Source of the DNA: a virus | Lineage: Duplodnaviria; Heunggongvirae; Uroviricota; Caudoviricetes | IMG/VR virus record: IMGVR_UViG_2695420859_000017 | Direction: 5' to 3' (one strand) | DNA length: 9,321 nt | Translations under genes and position numbers: made by a program | Shown: one piece after another, positions 6,589 to 9,321 of the stretch | Layout of the letters: each line of letters begins with the position of its first letter | How positions within the stretch are numbered: position 1 is the first letter of the stretch | The notes under the pieces: model-generated | What the model was told of the DNA's origin: nothing | What the model saw: the letters and a program-made list of their open reading frames with translations, nothing else | Databases searched by the model: none

Positions 6589-7906
6589 CCAAATACTCCT
6601 GATTCAATTCTTTTAATGGTGATGCCAAAAGATTAATTGCATATGCAACATTATCAGTAATATCAACAAAAGATGTAAACTCTTCCCCAGGGAATCGCTC
6701 GCTTATATAGAACCGATTTTCAATCCCAATTTTATCGCTATAATGTTTAAGAGCATCAATAATATACGGGCTATGTGTTGTAATTATTATATCAACCCCC
6801 ATAGACACTAACTCACAAATAATCTCAGCATAGAAAACCTGCCATTTTGGATGTAAGTTCACCTCTGGCTCATCAATAATCAGTAACGAGTTATCTACTG
6901 CTGCCCCGCACTTAACAAGCATATCAAGAATACCTAAAGACTTTATTCCTGACGCAATATTACCCGATGTGACTTTATAGCCTTGCTTCTCTAGAAAAAA
7001 ATCATTCTTTTCAATATCATAAACCACTTCACCACAGAAAGTAGCATTGATTTTGTTAGATATACGCAGTGACTCTTTTAAAAATGAGCCATCATCAAAA
7101 ATATCCGAATGCACAAATAAATTATAAACTGAATCGCTTAATTTTATTGATAGATCTTTCACATGCAATGGAACAGTTAGACGTCCTGATTCACCATTAC
7201 TATCAAATAAAGTTTTAGCAAAACGAACCAAATTATGAAATTGCATAATACTTGGAGAGTCAACATAGGTTGCGTCGACATATCCTAAGCCATCAGTATA
7301 ATCAAATTGTGATATACCATCTTTAGTCCATTTAATATCAATTAACTGACTAACACCATCAACAACTTCCAGAGATGCTTTAACTGGATTTTGATTACCC
7401 TTCTGAATAATTTCGCCTCTAAATTCAGAGTAAAAGGCCTTACGCAGAGCACGGTTGATAGCAGATAGCTCATCATCTGGCTCAAGCATTATATCTCTGA
7501 TTTTTCTTATATCAGAGAGTACAGAATCAGCCATCAATTCTGGAAGAAGCCCTTCCTCAATCAAATTATATAGATAACTCTCTCTCTCAGCCAAAGTTTT
7601 AGAGATATCTATTTTTAGAGAGGCATAAAACTTTCTTGGATTGAATAACTCTCTAATTTCCGGCGTAGCAGCAATATTAATCCTCCTACGCAGATTAAAA
7701 TATATTTTCTCTACGATAGATGTAATTCTATCCTCTTTGTCTTCTTCTAAATCCTCTTGATAACGAGATATCGCCTTTACCATTGAAAACAATATTTTCC
7801 CTACGGTACTCTTCCCCGTATCATTTTCACCAGTTATGACAGTTAAACCACCAACTGAAACATCAGCTTCTGCAATAGTTCCAAAATTATTAATTTTTAT
7901 ACGCAT
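6578..7906 (-). CDS. OLD/ABC-family (AAA_15/AAA_21-like) ATPase, 442 aa, with no Toprim or other nuclease domain
   Basis: N-terminal Walker A GENDTGKST (nt 7805..7831), C-terminal Walker B LLIIDEPE (nt 6863..6886) and H-loop TTHSP (nt 6767..6781), with ~300 residues between the Walker motifs. This layout is typical of OLD/GajA/AriA/PtuA-type ATPases. Spot counts of 60-nt lines give roughly 27-30% GC against about 60% in the structural genes. Confidence 0.8.
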   Translation of the reverse strand: MRIKINNFGTIAEADVSVGGLTVITGENDTGKSTVGKILFSMVKAISRYQEDLEEDKEDRITSIVEKIYFNLRRRINIAATPEIRELFNPRKFYASLKIDISKTLAERESYLYNLIEEGLLPELMADSVLSDIRKIRDIMLEPDDELSAINRALRKAFYSEFRGEIIQKGNQNPVKASLEVVDGVSQLIDIKWTKDGISQFDYTDGLGYVDATYVDSPSIMQFHNLVRFAKTLFDSNGESGRLTVPLHVKDLSIKLSDSVYNLFVHSDIFDDGSFLKESLRISNKINATFCGEVVYDIEKNDFFLEKQGYKVTSGNIASGIKSLGILDMLVKCGAAVDNSLLIIDEPEVNLHPKWQVFYAEIICELVSMGVDIIITTHSPYIIDALKHYSDKIGIENRFYISERFPGEEFTSFVDITDNVAYAINLLASPLKELNQEYLDDF

Positions 7907-7946
7907 AAACTATCTCACTGTACGCCAGATATCCAACCTTATGAAT

Positions 7947-7975
7947 ACTTTAGCATATTTCCAAAAAGATGACAC
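7947..7975 (-). promoter_or_regulatory. Candidate sigma70 promoter for the cargo operon (GTGTCA-N17-TAAAGT with a TG extended -10)
   Basis: Read on the minus strand between cos and the ATPase start codon. A 4/6 match at -35 and TGnTAAAGT at -10 would leave a ~40-nt 5' UTR. Pattern match by eye only. Confidence 0.25.
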
Positions 7976-7999
7976 TGGTGGTTGCAGGCCTCGCGCGCA

Positions 8000-8018
8000 G
8001 TGCTTTCCCCGCCTCGCC
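8000..8018 (-). other. cos: cos site: 19-nt cohesive-end sequence identical to P2 (GGCGAGGCGGGGAAAGCAC on the minus strand)
   Basis: Reverse complement of 8000..8018 is GGCGAGGCGGGGAAAGCAC, followed by CTGCGCGC, matching my recollection of the P2 left end. It sits in a GC-rich block, in the expected neighbourhood of the portal gene. Confidence 0.75.
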
Positions 8019-8112
8019 CGCCCGCTTCACGGGGCGGTTTTAATGCAGTTGCATAGATACTATGGATCCGCACCAGTCCTGACCGCACGCAGCCTGAACG
8101 GACATCCCCAGC

Positions 8113-8141
8113 GCATGCAAAAACATTCACTGGTTGCATGC
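8113..8141. other. Inverted repeat GCATGCAA-N13-TTGCATGC followed by CTTTTT
   Basis: Seen directly, ~100 bp from cos. Could be a protein-binding site or a weak terminator. Confidence 0.2.
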
Positions 8142-8302
8142 ATAGCTTTTTAAGTACGCCATACCGCAACTGTACATTTTTAAGCAATTGGCAACTTTAA
8201 AAAATTTACATTGCTTTCAAGACCTTATCATCCGTAGTCTCTGTTTTTTACTTTGAGCTACATCAATAAAATCTCAAACATGTTTAATGCAAAGCCCTTG
8301 TT

Positions 8303-8356
8303 ACACAACATAGAATGTATGTCTAGAAACAACGACATACTATATGTTGTGTTTTT
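8303..8356 (+). other. Long imperfect hairpin (arms ACACAACATAGAATGTATGTC / GACATACTATATGTTGTGT, 10-nt loop) followed by a T-run; terminator-like or sRNA 3' end
   Basis: Seen directly: 10-bp and 7-bp perfect stem segments separated by a small internal loop, then TTTTT at 8352..8356. An A-tract is lacking on the other side, so orientation is plus. Confidence 0.4.
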
Positions 8357-8418
8357 CCGGCTCTCTGTTCGGTGATATGCCAAATCACTTTGCGTTTAAA
8401 CAGAGCATTATTTCAGGG

Positions 8419-8433
8419 CAAGACTTCGCTCAA
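8419..8433 (+). repeat. 15-bp direct repeat CAAGACTTCGCTCAA, copy 1
   Basis: Exact 15-mer found again at 8683..8697; the two copies bracket the small ORF and its terminator. Confidence 0.5.
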
Positions 8434-8496
8434 AAGTCATTCCACCTAAGAAGCGCATATACCGGTGGAAGTTGCCCTCTACTTACAGGAGGCAAT

Positions 8497-8610
8497 ATGA
8501 AGAAATGCTATTACTGCATTCTCGTTCTGGCCCTCTTTGGCTATCCAAACGGTAGTCCGAGTGGTTTGTCAGTAAACGTCAGTAATATCAATGTCAGCAT
8601 TATGCTTTAA
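8497..8610 (+). CDS. Small hydrophobic peptide, 37 aa (MKKCYYCILVLALFGYPNGSPSGLSVNVSNINVSIML); function unknown
   Basis: ATG at 8497 is preceded by a consensus AGGAGG at 8487..8492 (4-nt spacing). Stop at 8608..8610 is followed 13 nt later by a strong intrinsic terminator. The N-terminus is KK followed by a ~13-residue hydrophobic stretch. Short length keeps confidence low. Confidence 0.35.
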   Translation: MKKCYYCILVLALFGYPNGSPSGLSVNVSNINVSIML

Positions 8611-8622
8611 TATGCTTCAAAC

Positions 8623-8652
8623 AAAAAAACCACCTGCCAGGGTGGTTTTTTT
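8623..8652. terminator. Rho-independent terminator, bidirectional form (AAAAAAACCACC-TGCCAG-GGTGGTTTTTTT)
   Basis: Seen directly: perfect GC-containing stem with a 6-nt loop, A-tract upstream and T7 downstream. Confidence 0.8.
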
Positions 8653-8682
8653 GCGCCCATCATCAATACGATGAAAGACTGA

Positions 8683-8697
8683 CAAGACTTCGCTCAA
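8683..8697 (+). repeat. 15-bp direct repeat CAAGACTTCGCTCAA, copy 2
   Basis: Identical to 8419..8433; AAGACT-like motifs also occur at 8675..8680 and 8696..8700. Confidence 0.5.
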
Positions 8698-8912
8698 GAC
8701 GAATTATGCGTCGACATAAGGTTACCCGCAATGATTTTATTAGACTAAATGGATGGCCTTTTATGACCCGGATCAAACGGCTGTCCTTACCGACATGCTA
8801 GTCACTCAATAGCATTTAGCCTTCTAATTCAGCATGCTATTGACCTTCTGCTGCCCCATAACTGCTCCGCATAAGCCATTCAATGCCATATCAAATCACG
8901 TTGTGTTTTTAC

Positions 8913-9321
8913 TCAAATGGGTAACGAGAACCCCGGCCACTCATCAGCAACCGGATACGTGAATTTTTTCCCGTCATAATTTACGGTCGCGCCACGCGCC
9001 AGCGCCTCAAGCTCCCATCGTTGCGGCCTGATACCGTTCTGAGCGAGGTCAACGCGGATACGGGTAATTTGCAATCGTTCAGACCTGGTCAGTCTGGCAG
9101 ATGGTGCAATTTCATGCGGTTTTAACGGGATTCCGTTTCTTTGCTGACGATTTGGTGTTCTCAGTCCGTGTTTTAATGCGCCCCTGAGCACCATCACTAC
9201 CTCCGGGTCACTCCATTCGATAACACCGTCATCTACCAGATTAAGCACTGCTGCGGCGTGCTCAGAAGGTGTGGGAGCCGGTAACGAAGTATCACCACCG
9301 GTGAGCTTTCCACAGTTATTG
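8913..9321 (-). CDS. Phage protein, 3' portion only (gene starts beyond the window end); probably the last gene of the early/replication operon
   Basis: The minus-strand frame is open from the window edge (…TGGDTSLPAPTPSEHAAAVLNLVDDGVIEWSDPEV…) to TGA at 8913..8915. The ORF-track start at 9248 is an internal GTG. GC content is backbone-like. Product assignment is positional inference only. Confidence 0.55.
   Translation of the reverse strand, partial: NNCGKLTGGDTSLPAPTPSEHAAAVLNLVDDGVIEWSDPEVVMVLRGALKHGLRTPNRQQRNGIPLKPHEIAPSARLTRSERLQITRIRVDLAQNGIRPQRWELEALARGATVNYDGKKFTYPVADEWPGFSLPI

Noticed and set aside
7836-8187. ORFs 7836..8153 (+) and 7939..8187 (-)
   Set aside because: They span the GC-rich cos region and overlap the cargo gene start; no ribosome-binding sites; the cos and palindrome content explains the region better.
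8344-8610. 88-aa ORF as listed in the track
   Set aside because: The upstream start lies inside the long hairpin and has no Shine-Dalgarno, whereas an internal ATG at 8497 has a consensus AGGAGG. Only the 37-codon version is retained, at low confidence.
1-9321. CRISPR arrays, tRNA or rRNA genes, IS elements or integrase
   Set aside because: No regularly spaced short repeats, no tRNA-like cloverleaf regions, no transposase- or integrase-like ORFs and no terminal inverted repeats were seen. The only repeats are the segmental gene duplications and the 15-bp direct repeat pair.

Overview
This window reads as the cos-proximal end of a P2-like prophage in an enterobacterial-type backbone. Left to right: the 5' part of the capsid scaffold gene O (minus strand, runs off the window start), the divergent terminase large-subunit gene P, then an anomalous tandem array in which the P 3' end / Q 5' start junction occurs three times (one in-frame portal::terminase chimeric ORF, one out-of-frame fragment pair, then a full-length portal gene Q whose last ~200 bp are a diverged, AT-rich allele). 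Immediately after Q lies a strongly AT-rich two-gene operon on the minus strand (6578..7906 and 5971..6588, overlapping by 11 nt) encoding an OLD/ABC-family ATPase with no attached nuclease domain plus a 205-aa partner I cannot place in any family. This is the best candidate for a new or unclassified anti-phage system. It sits between Q and an exact match to the P2 19-nt cohesive end (cos, 8000..8018). Beyond cos are a long hairpin with a T-run, a 37-codon hydrophobic peptide ORF with a strong Shine-Dalgarno and strong terminator flanked by 15-bp direct repeats, and the 3' end of a minus-strand phage gene that runs off the window. All calls rest on reading the sequence and recalled family knowledge; no searches were run.
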